64,000 nucleotides of DNA from Auanema rhodensis (lineage: Eukaryota; Animalia; Nematoda): contig OZ059898.1 in the NCBI GenBank assembly GCA_964057225.1, positions 17,174,001 to 17,238,000 of the forward strand. Reading direction: 5' to 3'. Below are positions 44,223 to 57,223 of this stretch, one piece after another. A program made the position numbers and the translations under genes. The notes under the pieces were generated by a model, which saw only the letters and a list, made by a program, of their open reading frames with translations, searched no databases and had not been told where the DNA came from. Numbering within the stretch: position 1 is the stretch's first letter; each line of letters starts with the position of its first letter.

Positions 44223-47200
44223 CTGAAATTTTTCGAAAAAATTTTTGTCAAAATGTTTTTGGAAGCAATGTTGAGTGTACATGGAAACTCAACATACACT
44301 AATGCATTATTTTTCAAACGATCATAACTAATTTTTGTATTAAGCGTTTCTCAATGTAGTATAGTGCATTCGATGCGGATTTTTAAGCTGCGTCGATCTG
44401 TGTTATCAGATTTGCGCTAGCTTAAAAATGCACCGAGACATCAACTGATATAAGTTCACACTTATATCCTCAATTTTCACCCTGAAGAAATAATTTTTTC
44501 GTTGAATAACATTGTCCATCGTCTTTGCCTTGAAAAAAGGAATCTAAAAACATCTACTTTTCGCTAAATTATTTTGAAATTTTTCGAAAAAATTTTTGTC
44601 AAAATGTTTTTGGAAGCAATGTTGAGTGTACATGGAAACTCAACATACACTAATGCATTATTTTTCAAACGATCATAACTAATTTTTGTATTAAGCGTTT
44701 CTCAATGTAGTATATTGCATTCGATGCGGATTTTTAAGCTGCGTCGATCTGTGTTATCAGATTTGCGCTAGCTTAAAAATGCACCGAGATATCAACTGAT
44801 ATAAGTTCACACTTATATCCTCGATTTTCACCCTGAAGAATTAATTTTTTTCGTTGAATAACATTGTCCATCGTCTTTGCCTTGAAAAAAGGAATCTAAA
44901 AACATCTAATTTTTGCTAAATTATTCTGAAATTTTTCGAAAAAATTTTTGTCAAAATGTTTTTGGAAGCAATGTTGAGTGTACATGGAAACTCAACATAC
45001 ACTAATGCATTATTTTTCAAACGATCATAACTAATTTTTGTATTACGCGTTTCTCAATGTAGTATATTGCATTCGATGCGGATTTTTAAGCTGCGTCGAT
45101 CTGTGTTATCAGATTTGCGCTAGCTTAAAAATGCACCGAGATATCAACTGATATAAGTTCACACTTATATCCTCGATTTTCACCCTGAAGAATTAATTTT
45201 TTTCGTTGAATAACATTGTCCATCGTCTTTGCCTTGAAAAAAGGAATCTAAAAACATCTACTTTTTGCTAAATTATTCTGAAATTTTTCGAAAAAATTTT
45301 TGTCAAAATGTTTTTGGAAGCAATGTTGAGTGTACATGGAAACTCAACATACACTAATGCATTATTTTTCAAACGATCATAACTAATTTTTGTATTAAGC
45401 GTTTCTCAATGTAGTATATTGCATTCGATGCGGATTTTTAAGCTGCGTCGATCTGTGTTATCAGATTTGCGCTAGCTTAAAAATGCACCGAGATATCAAC
45501 TGATATAAGTTCACACTTATATCCTCGATTTTCACCCTGAAGAATTAATTTTTTTCGTTGAATAACATTGTCCATCGTCTTTGCCTTGAAAAAAGGAATC
45601 TAAAAACATCTAATTTTCGCTAAATTATTCTGAAATTTTTCGAAAAAATTTTTGTCAAAATGTTTTTGGAAGCAATGTTGAGTGTACATGGAAACTCAAC
45701 ATACACTAATGCATCATTTTTCAAACGATCATAACTAATTTTTGTATTAAGCGTTTCTCAATGTAGTATAGTGCATTTGATGCGGATTTTCAAGCTGCGT
45801 CGATCTGTGTTATCAGATTTGCGCTAGCTTAAAAATGCACCGAGATATCAACTGGTATAAGTTCACACTTATATCCTCGATTTTCACCCTGAAGAAATAA
45901 TTTTTTCGTTGAATAACATTGTCCATCGTCTTTGCCTTGAAAAAAGGAATCTAAAAACATCTACTTTTTGCTAAATTATTTTGAAATTTTTCGAAAAAAT
46001 TTTTGTCAAAATGTTTTTGGAAGCAATGTTGAGTGTACATGGAAACTCAACATACACTAATGCATTATTTTTCAAACGATCATAACTAATTTTAATATTA
46101 CGCGTTTCTCAATGTAGTATATTGCATTCGATGCGGATTTTTAAGCTGCGTCGATCTGTGTTATCAGATTTGCGCTAGCTTAAAAATGCACCGAGATATC
46201 AACTGATATAAGTTCACACTTATATCCTCGATTTTCACCCTGAAGAATTAATTTTTTCGTTGAATAACATTGTCCATCGTCTTTGCCTGGAAAAAAGGAA
46301 TCTAAAAACATCTACTTTTTGCTAAATTATTCTGAAATTTTTCGAAAAAATTTTTGTCAAAATGTTTTTGGAAGCAATGTTGAGTGTACATGGAAACTCA
46401 ACATACACTAATGCATTATTTTTCAAACGATCATAACTAATTTTTGTATTAAGCGTTTCTCAATGTAGTATAGTGCATTCGATGCGGATTTTTAAGCTGC
46501 GTCGATCTGTGTTATCAGATTTGCGCTAGCTTAAAAATGCACCGAGACATCAACTGATATAAGTTCACACTTATATCCTCGATTTTCACCCTGAAGAAAT
46601 AATTTTTTCGTTGAATAACATTGTCCATCGTCTTTGCCTTGAAAAAAGGAATCTAAAAACATCTACTTTTTGCTAAATTATTTTGAAATTTTTCGAAAAA
46701 ATTTTTGTCAAAATGTTTTTGGAAGCAATGTTGAGTGTACATGGAAACTCAACATACACTAATGCATTATTTTTCAAACGATCATAACTAATTTTTGTAT
46801 TAAGCGTTTCTCAATGTAGTATATTGCATTCGATGCGGATTTTTAAGCTGCGTCGATCTGTGTTATCAGATTTGCGCTAGCTTAAAAATGCACCGAGATA
46901 TCAACTGATATAAGTTCACACTTATATCCTCGATTTTCACCCTGAAGAATTAATTTTTTTCGTTGAATAACATTGTCCATCGTCTTTGCCTTGAAAAAAG
47001 GAATCTAAAAACATCTAATTTTTGCTAAATTATTCTGAAATTTTTCGAAAAAATTTTTGTCAAAATGTTTTTGGAAGCAATGTTGAGTGTACATGGAAAC
47101 TCAACATACACTAATGCATCATTTTTCAAACGATCATAACTAATTTTTGTATTAAGCGTTTCTCAATGTAGTATAGTGCATTCGATGCGGATTTTTAAGC

Positions 47201-50200
47201 TGCGTCGATCTGTGTTATCAGATTTGCGCTAGCTTAAAAATGCACCGAGACATCAACTGATATAAGTTCACACTTATATCCTCGATTTTCACCCTGAAGA
47301 AATAATTTTTTCGTTGAATAACATTGTCCATCGTCTTTGCCTTGAAAAAAGAAATCTAAAAACATCTACTTTTTGCTAAATTATCTTGAAATTTTTCGAA
47401 AAAATTTTTGTCAAAATGTTTTTGGAAGCAATGTTGAGTGTACATGGAAACTCAACATACACTAATGCATCATTTTTCAAACGATCATAACTAATTTTTG
47501 TATTAAGCGTTTCTCAATGTAGTATAGTGCATTCGATGCGGATTTTTAAGCTGCGTCGATCTGTGTTATCAGATTTGCGCTAGCTTAAAAATGCACCGAG
47601 ATATCAACTGATATAAGTTCACACTTATATCCTCGATTTTCACCCTGAAGAATTAATTTTTTCGTTGAATAACAATGTCCATCGTCTTTGCCTTGAAAAA
47701 CTAAATCTGAAAACATCTACTTTTTGCTAAATTATTTTGAAATTTTTCGAAAAAATTTTTGTCAAAATGTTTTTGGAAACAATGTTGAGTGTACATGGAA
47801 ACTCAACATACACTAATGCATCATTTTTCAAACGATCATAACTAATTTTTGTATTAAGCGTTTCTCAATGTAGTATATTGCATTCGATGCGGATTTTTAA
47901 GCTGCGTCGATCTGTGTTATCAGATTTGCGCTAGCTTAAAAATGCACCGAGACATCAACTGATATAAGTTCACACTTATATCCTCGATTTTCACCCTGAA
48001 GAAATAATTTTTTCGTTGAATAACATTGTCCATCGTCTTTGCCTTGAAAAAAGGAATCTAAAAACATCTACTTTTTGCTAAATTATTTTGAAATTTTTCG
48101 AAAAAATTTTTGTCAAAATGTTTTTGGAAGCAATGTTGAGTGTACATGGAAACTCAACATACACTAATGCATTATTTTTCAAACGATCATAACTAATTTT
48201 TGTATTAAGCGTTTCTCAATGTAGTATATTGCATTCGATGCGGATTTTTAAGCTGCGTCGATCTGTGTTATCAGATTTGCGCTAGCTTAAAAATGCACCG
48301 AGATATCAACTGATATAAGTTCACACTTATATCCTCGATTTTCACCCTGAAGAATTAATTTTTTTCGTTGAATAACATTGTCCATCGTCTTTGCCTTGAA
48401 AAAAGGAATCTAAAAACATCTAATTTTTGCTAAATTATTCTGAAATTTTTCGAAAAAATTTTTGTCAAAATGTTTTTGGAAGCAATGTTGAGTGTACATG
48501 GAAACTCAACATACACTAATGCATCATTTTTCAAACGATCATAACTAATTTTTGTATTAAGCGTTTCTCAATGTAGTATAGTGCATTCGATGCGGATTTT
48601 TAAGCTGCGTCGATCTGTGTTATCAGATTTGCGCTAGCTTAAAAATGCACCGAGACATCAACTGATATAAGTTCACACTTATATCCTCGATTTTCACCCT
48701 GAAGAAATAATTTTTTCGTTGAATAACATTGTCCATCGTCTTTGCCTTGAAAAAAGAAATCTAAAAACATCTACTTTTTGCTAAATTATCTTGAAATTTT
48801 TCGAAAAAATTTTTGTCAAAATGTTTTTGGAAGCAATGTTGAGTGTACATGGAAACTCAACATACACTAATGCATCATTTTTCAAACGATCATAACTAAT
48901 TTTTGTATTAAGCGTTTCTCAATGTAGTATAGTGCATTCGATGCGGATTTTTAAGCTGCGTCGATCTGTGTTATCAGATTTGCGCTAGCTTAAAAATGCA
49001 CCGAGATATCAACTGATATAAGTTCACACTTATATCCTCGATTTTCACCCTGAAGAATTAATTTTTTCGTTGAATAACAATGTCCATCGTCTTTGCCTTG
49101 AAAAACTAAATCTGAAAACATCTACTTTTTGCTAAATTATTTTGAAATTTTTCGAAAAAATTTTTGTCAAAATGTTTTTGGAAACAATGTTGAGTGTACA
49201 TGGAAACTCAACATACACTAATGCATCATTTTTCAAACGATCATAACTAATTTTTGTATTAAGCGTTTCTCAATGTAGTATATTGCATTCGATGCGGATT
49301 TTTAAGCTGCGTCGATCTGTGTTATCAGATTTGCGCTAGCTTAAAAATGCACCGAGATATCAACTGATATAAGTTCACACTTATATCCTCGATTTTCACC
49401 CTGAAGAATTAATTTTTTTCGTTGAATAACATTGTCCATCGTCTTTGCCTTGAAAAAAGGAATCTAAAAACATCTAATTTTTGCTAAATTATTCTGAAAT
49501 TTTTCGAAAAAATTTTTGTCAAAATGTTTTTGGAAGCAATGTTGAGTGTACATGGAAACTCAATATACACTAATGCATCATTTTTCAAACGATCATAACT
49601 AATTTTTGTATTAAGCGTTTCTCAATGTAGTATAGTGCATTCGATGCGGATTTTTAAGCTGCGTCGATCTGTGTTATCAGATTTGCGCTAGCTTAAAAAT
49701 GCACCGAGATATCAACTGATATAAGTTCACACTTATATCCTCGATTTTCACCCTGAAGAATTAATTTTTTTCGTTGAATAACATTGTCCATCGTCTTTGC
49801 CTTGAAAAAAGGAATCTAAAAACATCTAATTTTTGCTAAATTATTCTGAAATTTTTCGAAAAAATTTTTGTCAAAATGTTTTTGGAAGCAATGTTGAGTG
49901 TACATGGAAACTCAATATACACTAATGCATCATTTTTCAAACGATCATAACTAATTTTTGTATTAAGCGTTTCTCAATGTAGTATAGTGCATTCGATGCG
50001 GATTTTTAAGCTGCGTCGATCTGTGTTATCAGATTTGCGCTAGCTTAAAAATGCACCGAGACATCAACTGATATAAGTTCACACTTATATCCTCGATTTT
50101 CACCCTGAAGAAATAATTTTTTCGTTGAATAACATTGTCCATCGTCTTTGCCTTGAAAAAAGGAATCTAAAAACATCTACTTTTTGCTAAATTATCTTGA

Positions 50201-53200
50201 AATTTTTCGAAAAAATTTTTGTCAAAATGTTTTTGGAAGCAATGTTGAGTGTACATGGAAACTCAACATACACTAATGCATCATTTTTCAAACGATCATA
50301 ACTAATTTTTGTATTAAGCGTTTCTCAATGTAGTATATTGCATTCGATGCGGATTTTTAAGCTGCGTCGATCTGTGTTATCAGATTTGCGCTAGCTTAAA
50401 AATGCACCGAGATATCAACTGATATAAGTTCACACTTATATCCTCGATTTTCACCCTGAAGAATTAATTTTTTTCGTTGAATAACATTGTCCATCGTCTT
50501 TGCCTTGAAAAAAGGAATCTAAAAACATCTAATTTTCGCTAAATTATTCTGAAATTTTTCGAAAAAATTTTTGTCAAAATGTTTTTGGAAGCAATGTTGA
50601 GTGTACATGGAAACTCAACATACACTAATGCATCATTTTTCAAACGATCATAACTAATTTTTGTATTAAGCGTTTCTCAATGTAGTATATTGCATTCGAT
50701 GCGGATTTTTAAGCTGCGTCGATCTGTGTTATCAGATTTGCGCTAGCTTAAAAATGCACCGAGACATCAACTGATATAAGTTCACACTTATATCCTCGAT
50801 TTTCACCCTGAAGAAATAATTTTTTCGTTGAATAACATTGTCCATCGTCTTTGCCTTGAAAAAAGGAATCTAAAAACATCTACTTTTTGCTAAATTATTT
50901 TGAAATTTTTCGAAAAAATTTTTGTCAAAATGTTTTTGGAAGCAATGTTGAGTGTACATGGAAACTCAACATACACTAATGCATTATTTTTCAAACGATC
51001 ATAACTAATTTTTGTATTAAGCGTTTCTCAATGTAGTATATTGCATTCGATGCGGATTTTTAAGCTGCGTCGATCTGTGTTATCAGATTTGCGCTAGCTT
51101 AAAAATGCACCGAGATATCAACTGATATAAGTTCACACTTATATCCTCGATTTTCACCCTGAAGAATTAATTTTTTTCGTTGAATAACATTGTCCATCGT
51201 CTTTGCCTTGAAAAAAGGAATCTAAAAACATCTAATTTTTGCTAAATTATTCTGAAATTTTTCGAAAAAATTTTTGTCAAAATGTTTTTGGAAGCAATGT
51301 TGAGTGTACATGGAAACTCAACATACACTAATGCATCATTTTTCAAACGATCATAACTAATTTTTGTATTAAGCGTTTCTCAATGTAGTATAGTGCATTC
51401 GATGCGGATTTTTAAGCTGCGTCGATCTGTGTTATCAGATTTGCGCTAGCTTAAAAATGCACCGAGACATCAACTGATATAAGTTCACACTTATATCCTC
51501 GATTTTCACCCTGAAGAAATAATTTTTTCGTTGAATAACATTGTCCATCGTCTTTGCCTTGAAAAAAGAAATCTAAAAACATCTACTTTTTGCTAAATTA
51601 TCTTGAAATTTTTCGAAAAAATTTTTGTCAAAATGTTTTTGGAAGCAATGTTGAGTGTACATGGAAACTCAACATACACTAATGCATCATTTTTCAAACG
51701 ATCATAACTAATTTTTGTATTAAGCGTTTCTCAATGTAGTATAGTGCATTCGATGCGGATTTTTAAGCTGCGTCGATCTGTGTTATCAGATTTGCGCTAG
51801 CTTAAAAATGCACCGAGATATCAACTGATATAAGTTCACACTTATATCCTCGATTTTCACCCTGAAGAATTAATTTTTTCGTTGAATAACAATGTCCATC
51901 GTCTTTGCCTTGAAAAACTAAATCTGAAAACATCTACTTTTTGCTAAATTATTTTGAAATTTTTCGAAAAAATTTTTGTCAAAATGTTTTTGGAAACAAT
52001 GTTGAGTGTACATGGAAACTCAACATACACTAATGCATCATTTTTCAAACGATCATAACTAATTTTTGTATTAAGCGTTTCTCAATGTAGTATATTGCAT
52101 TCGATGCGGATTTTTAAGCTGCGTCGATCTGTGTTATCAGATTTGCGCTAGCTTAAAAATGCACCGAGATATCAACTGATATAAGTTCACACTTATATCC
52201 TCGATTTTCACCCTGAAGAATTAATTTTTTTCGTTGAATAACATTGTCCATCGTCTTTGCCTTGAAAAAAGGAATCTAAAAACATCTAATTTTTGCTAAA
52301 TTATTCTGAAATTTTTCGAAAAAATTTTTGTCAAAATGTTTTTGGAAGCAATGTTGAGTGTACATGGAAACTCAATATACACTAATGCATCATTTTTCAA
52401 ACGATCATAACTAATTTTTGTATTAAGCGTTTCTCAATGTAGTATAGTGCATTCGATGCGGATTTTTAAGCTGCGTCGATCTGTGTTATCAGATTTGCGC
52501 TAGCTTAAAAATGCACCGAGACATCAACTGATATAAGTTCACACTTATATCCTCGATTTTCACCCTGAAGAAATAATTTTTTCGTTGAATAACATTGTCC
52601 ATCGTCTTTGCCTTGAAAAAAGGAATCTAAAAACATCTACTTTTTGCTAAATTATCTTGAAATTTTTCGAAAAAATTTTTGTCAAAATGTTTTTGGAAGC
52701 AATGTTGAGTGTACATGGAAACTCAACATACACTAATGCATCATTTTTCAAACGATCATAACTAATTTTTGTATTAAGCGTTTCTCAATGTAGTATATTG
52801 CATTCGATGCGGATTTTTAAGCTGCGTCGATCTGTGTTATCAGATTTGCGCTAGCTTAAAAATGCACCGAGATATCAACTGATATAAGTTCACACTTATA
52901 TCCTCGATTTTCACCCTGAAGAATTAATTTTTTTCGTTGAATAACATTGTCCATCGTCTTTGCCTTGAAAAAAGGAATCTAAAAACATCTAATTTTCGCT
53001 AAATTATTCTGAAATTTTTCGAAAAAATTTTTGTCAAAATGTTTTTGGAAGCAATGTTGAGTGTACATGGAAACTCAACATACACTAATGCATCATTTTT
53101 CAAACGATCATAACTAATTTTTGTATTAAGCGTTTCTCAATGTAGTATAGTGCATTTGATGCGGATTTTCAAGCTGCGTCGATCTGTGTTATCAGATTTG

Positions 53201-56200
53201 CGCTAGCTTAAAAATGCACCGAGATATCAACTGGTATAAGTTCACACTTATATCCTCGATTTTCACCCTGAAGAAATAATTTTTTCGTTGAATAACATTG
53301 TCCATCGTCTTTGCCTTGAAAAAAGGAATCTAAAAACATCTACTTTTTGCTAAATTATTTTGAAATTTTTCGAAAAAATTTTTGTCAAAATGTTTTTGGA
53401 AGCAATGTTGAGTGTACATGGAAACTCAACATACACTAATGCATTATTTTTCAAACGATCATAACTAATTTTAATATTACGCGTTTCTCAATGTAGTATA
53501 TTGCATTCGATGCGGATTTTTAAGCTGCGTCGATCTGTGTTATCAGATTTGCGCTAGCTTAAAAATGCACCGAGATATCAACTGATATAAGTTCACACTT
53601 ATATCCTCGATTTTCACCCTGAAGAATTAATTTTTTCGTTGAATAACATTGTCCATCGTCTTTGCCTGGAAAAAAGGAATCTAAAAACATCTACTTTTTG
53701 CTAAATTATTCTGAAATTTTTCGAAAAAATTTTTGTCAAAATGTTTTTGGAAGCAATGTTGAGTGTACATGGAAACTCAACATACACTAATGCATTATTT
53801 TTCAAACGATCATAACTAATTTTTGTATTAAGCGTTTCTCAATGTAGTATAGTGCATTCGATGCGGATTTTTAAGCTGCGTCGATCTGTGTTATCAGATT
53901 TGCGCTAGCTTAAAAATGCACCGAGACATCAACTGATATAAGTTCACACTTATATCCTCGATTTTCACCCTGAAGAAATAATTTTTTCGTTGAATAACAT
54001 TGTCCATCGTCTTTGCCTTGAAAAAAGGAATCTAAAAACATCTACTTTTTGCTAAATTATTTTGAAATTTTTCGAAAAAATTTTTGTCAAAATGTTTTTG
54101 GAAGCAATGTTGAGTGTACATGGAAACTCAACATACACTAATGCATTATTTTTCAAACGATCATAACTAATTTTTGTATTAAGCGTTTCTCAATGTAGTA
54201 TATTGCATTCGATGCGGATTTTTAAGCTGCGTCGATCTGTGTTATCAGATTTGCGCTAGCTTAAAAATGCACCGAGATATCAACTGATATAAGTTCACAC
54301 TTATATCCTCGATTTTCACCCTGAAGAATTAATTTTTTTCGTTGAATAACATTGTCCATCGTCTTTGCCTTGAAAAAAGGAATCTAAAAACATCTAATTT
54401 TTGCTAAATTATTCTGAAATTTTTCGAAAAAATTTTTGTCAAAATGTTTTTGGAAGCAATGTTGAGTGTACATGGAAACTCAACATACACTAATGCATCA
54501 TTTTTCAAACGATCATAACTAATTTTTGTATTAAGCGTTTCTCAATGTAGTATAGTGCATTCGATGCGGATTTTTAAGCTGCGTCGATCTGTGTTATCAG
54601 ATTTGCGCTAGCTTAAAAATGCACCGAGACATCAACTGATATAAGTTCACACTTATATCCTCGATTTTCACCCTGAAGAAATAATTTTTTCGTTGAATAA
54701 CATTGTCCATCGTCTTTGCCTTGAAAAAAGAAATCTAAAAACATCTACTTTTTGCTAAATTATCTTGAAATTTTTCGAAAAAATTTTTGTCAAAATGTTT
54801 TTGGAAGCAATGTTGAGTGTACATGGAAACTCAACATACACTAATGCATCATTTTTCAAACGATCATAACTAATTTTTGTATTAAGCGTTTCTCAATGTA
54901 GTATAGTGCATTCGATGCGGATTTTTAAGCTGCGTCGATCTGTGTTATCAGATTTGCGCTAGCTTAAAAATGCACCGAGATATCAACTGATATAAGTTCA
55001 CACTTATATCCTCGATTTTCACCCTGAAGAATTAATTTTTTCGTTGAATAACAATGTCCATCGTCTTTGCCTTGAAAAACTAAATCTGAAAACATCTACT
55101 TTTTGCTAAATTATTTTGAAATTTTTCGAAAAAATTTTTGTCAAAATGTTTTTGGAAACAATGTTGAGTGTACATGGAAACTCAACATACACTAATGCAT
55201 CATTTTTCAAACGATCATAACTAATTTTTGTATTAAGCGTTTCTCAATGTAGTATATTGCATTCGATGCGGATTTTTAAGCTGCGTCGATCTGTGTTATC
55301 AGATTTGCGCTAGCTTAAAAATGCACCGAGACATCAACTGATATAAGTTCACACTTATATCCTCGATTTTCACCCTGAAGAAATAATTTTTTCGTTGAAT
55401 AACATTGTCCATCGTCTTTGCCTTGAAAAAAGGAATCTAAAAACATCTACTTTTTGCTAAATTATTTTGAAATTTTTCGAAAAAATTTTTGTCAAAATGT
55501 TTTTGGAAGCAATGTTGAGTGTACATGGAAACTCAACATACACTAATGCATTATTTTTCAAACGATCATAACTAATTTTTGTATTAAGCGTTTCTCAATG
55601 TAGTATATTGCATTCGATGCGGATTTTTAAGCTGCGTCGATCTGTGTTATCAGATTTGCGCTAGCTTAAAAATGCACCGAGATATCAACTGATATAAGTT
55701 CACACTTATATCCTCGATTTTCACCCTGAAGAATTAATTTTTTTCGTTGAATAACATTGTCCATCGTCTTTGCCTTGAAAAAAGGAATCTAAAAACATCT
55801 AATTTTTGCTAAATTATTCTGAAATTTTTCGAAAAAATTTTTGTCAAAATGTTTTTGGAAGCAATGTTGAGTGTACATGGAAACTCAACATACACTAATG
55901 CATCATTTTTCAAACGATCATAACTAATTTTTGTATTAAGCGTTTCTCAATGTAGTATAGTGCATTCAAAGCGGATTTTTAAGCTGCGTCGATCTGTGTT
56001 ATCAGATTTGCGCTAGCTTAAAAATGCACCGAGACATCAACTGATATAAGTTCACACTTATATCCTCGATTTTCACCCTGAAGAAATAATTTTTTCGTTG
56101 AATAACATTGTCCATCGTCTTTGCCTTGAAAAAAGAAATCTAAAAACATCTACTTTTTGCTAAATTATCTTGAAATTTTTCGAAAAAATTTTTGTCAAAA

Positions 56201-57223
56201 TGTTTTTGGAAGCAATGTTGAGTGTACATGGAAACTCAACATACACTAATGCATCATTTTTCAAACGATCATAACTAATTTTTGTATTAAGCGTTTCTCA
56301 ATGTAGTATAGTGCATTCGATGCGGATTTTTAAGCTGCGTCGATCTGTGTTATCAGATTTGCGCTAGCTTAAAAATGCACCGAGATATCAACTGATATAA
56401 GTTCACACTTATATCCTCGATTTTCACCCTGAAGAATTAATTTTTTCGTTGAATAACAATGTCCATCGTCTTTGCCTTGAAAAACTAAATCTGAAAACAT
56501 CTACTTTTTGCTAAATTATTTTGAAATTTTTCGAAAAAATTTTTGTCAAAATGTTTTTGGAAACAATGTTGAGTGTACATGGAAACTCAACATACACTAA
56601 TGCATCATTTTTCAAACGATCATAACTAATTTTTGTATTAAGCGTTTCTCAATGTAGTATATTGCATTCGATGCGGATTTTTAAGCTGCGTCGATCTGTG
56701 TTATCAGATTTGCGCTAGCTTAAAAATGCACCGAGATATCAACTGATATAAGTTCACACTTATATCCTCGATTTTCACCCTGAAGAATTAATTTTTTTCG
56801 TTGAATAACATTGTCCATCGTCTTTGCCTTGAAAAAAGGAATCTAAAAACATCTAATTTTTGCTAAATTATTCTGAAATTTTTCGAAAAAATTTTTGTCA
56901 AAATGTTTTTGGAAGCAATGTTGAGTGTACATGGAAACTCAATATACACTAATGCATCATTTTTCAAACGATCATAACTAATTTTTGTATTAAGCGTTTC
57001 TCAATGTAGTATAGTGCATTCGATGCGGATTTTTAAGCTGCGTCGATCTGTGTTATCAGATTTGCGCTAGCTTAAAAATGCACCGAGACATCAACTGATA
57101 TAAGTTCACACTTATATCCTCGATTTTCACCCTGAAGAAATAATTTTTTCGTTGAATAACATTGTCCATCGTCTTTGCCTTGAAAAAAGAAATCTAAAAA
57201 CATCTACTTTTTGCTAAATTATC
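44223..57223. repeat. Sub-domain E: GAGACAT monomers and 352-bp CATCTAAT monomers, local 4-mer, with an 11-monomer block duplication (45630-49493 vs 53009-56872)
   Basis: The rare GCCTGG variant is at 46289 and 53668. The offset is 7379 = 21x351+8, matching the eight 352-bp monomers in between. TTTAATATTACGC occurs in the same two monomers. Confidence 0.85.
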
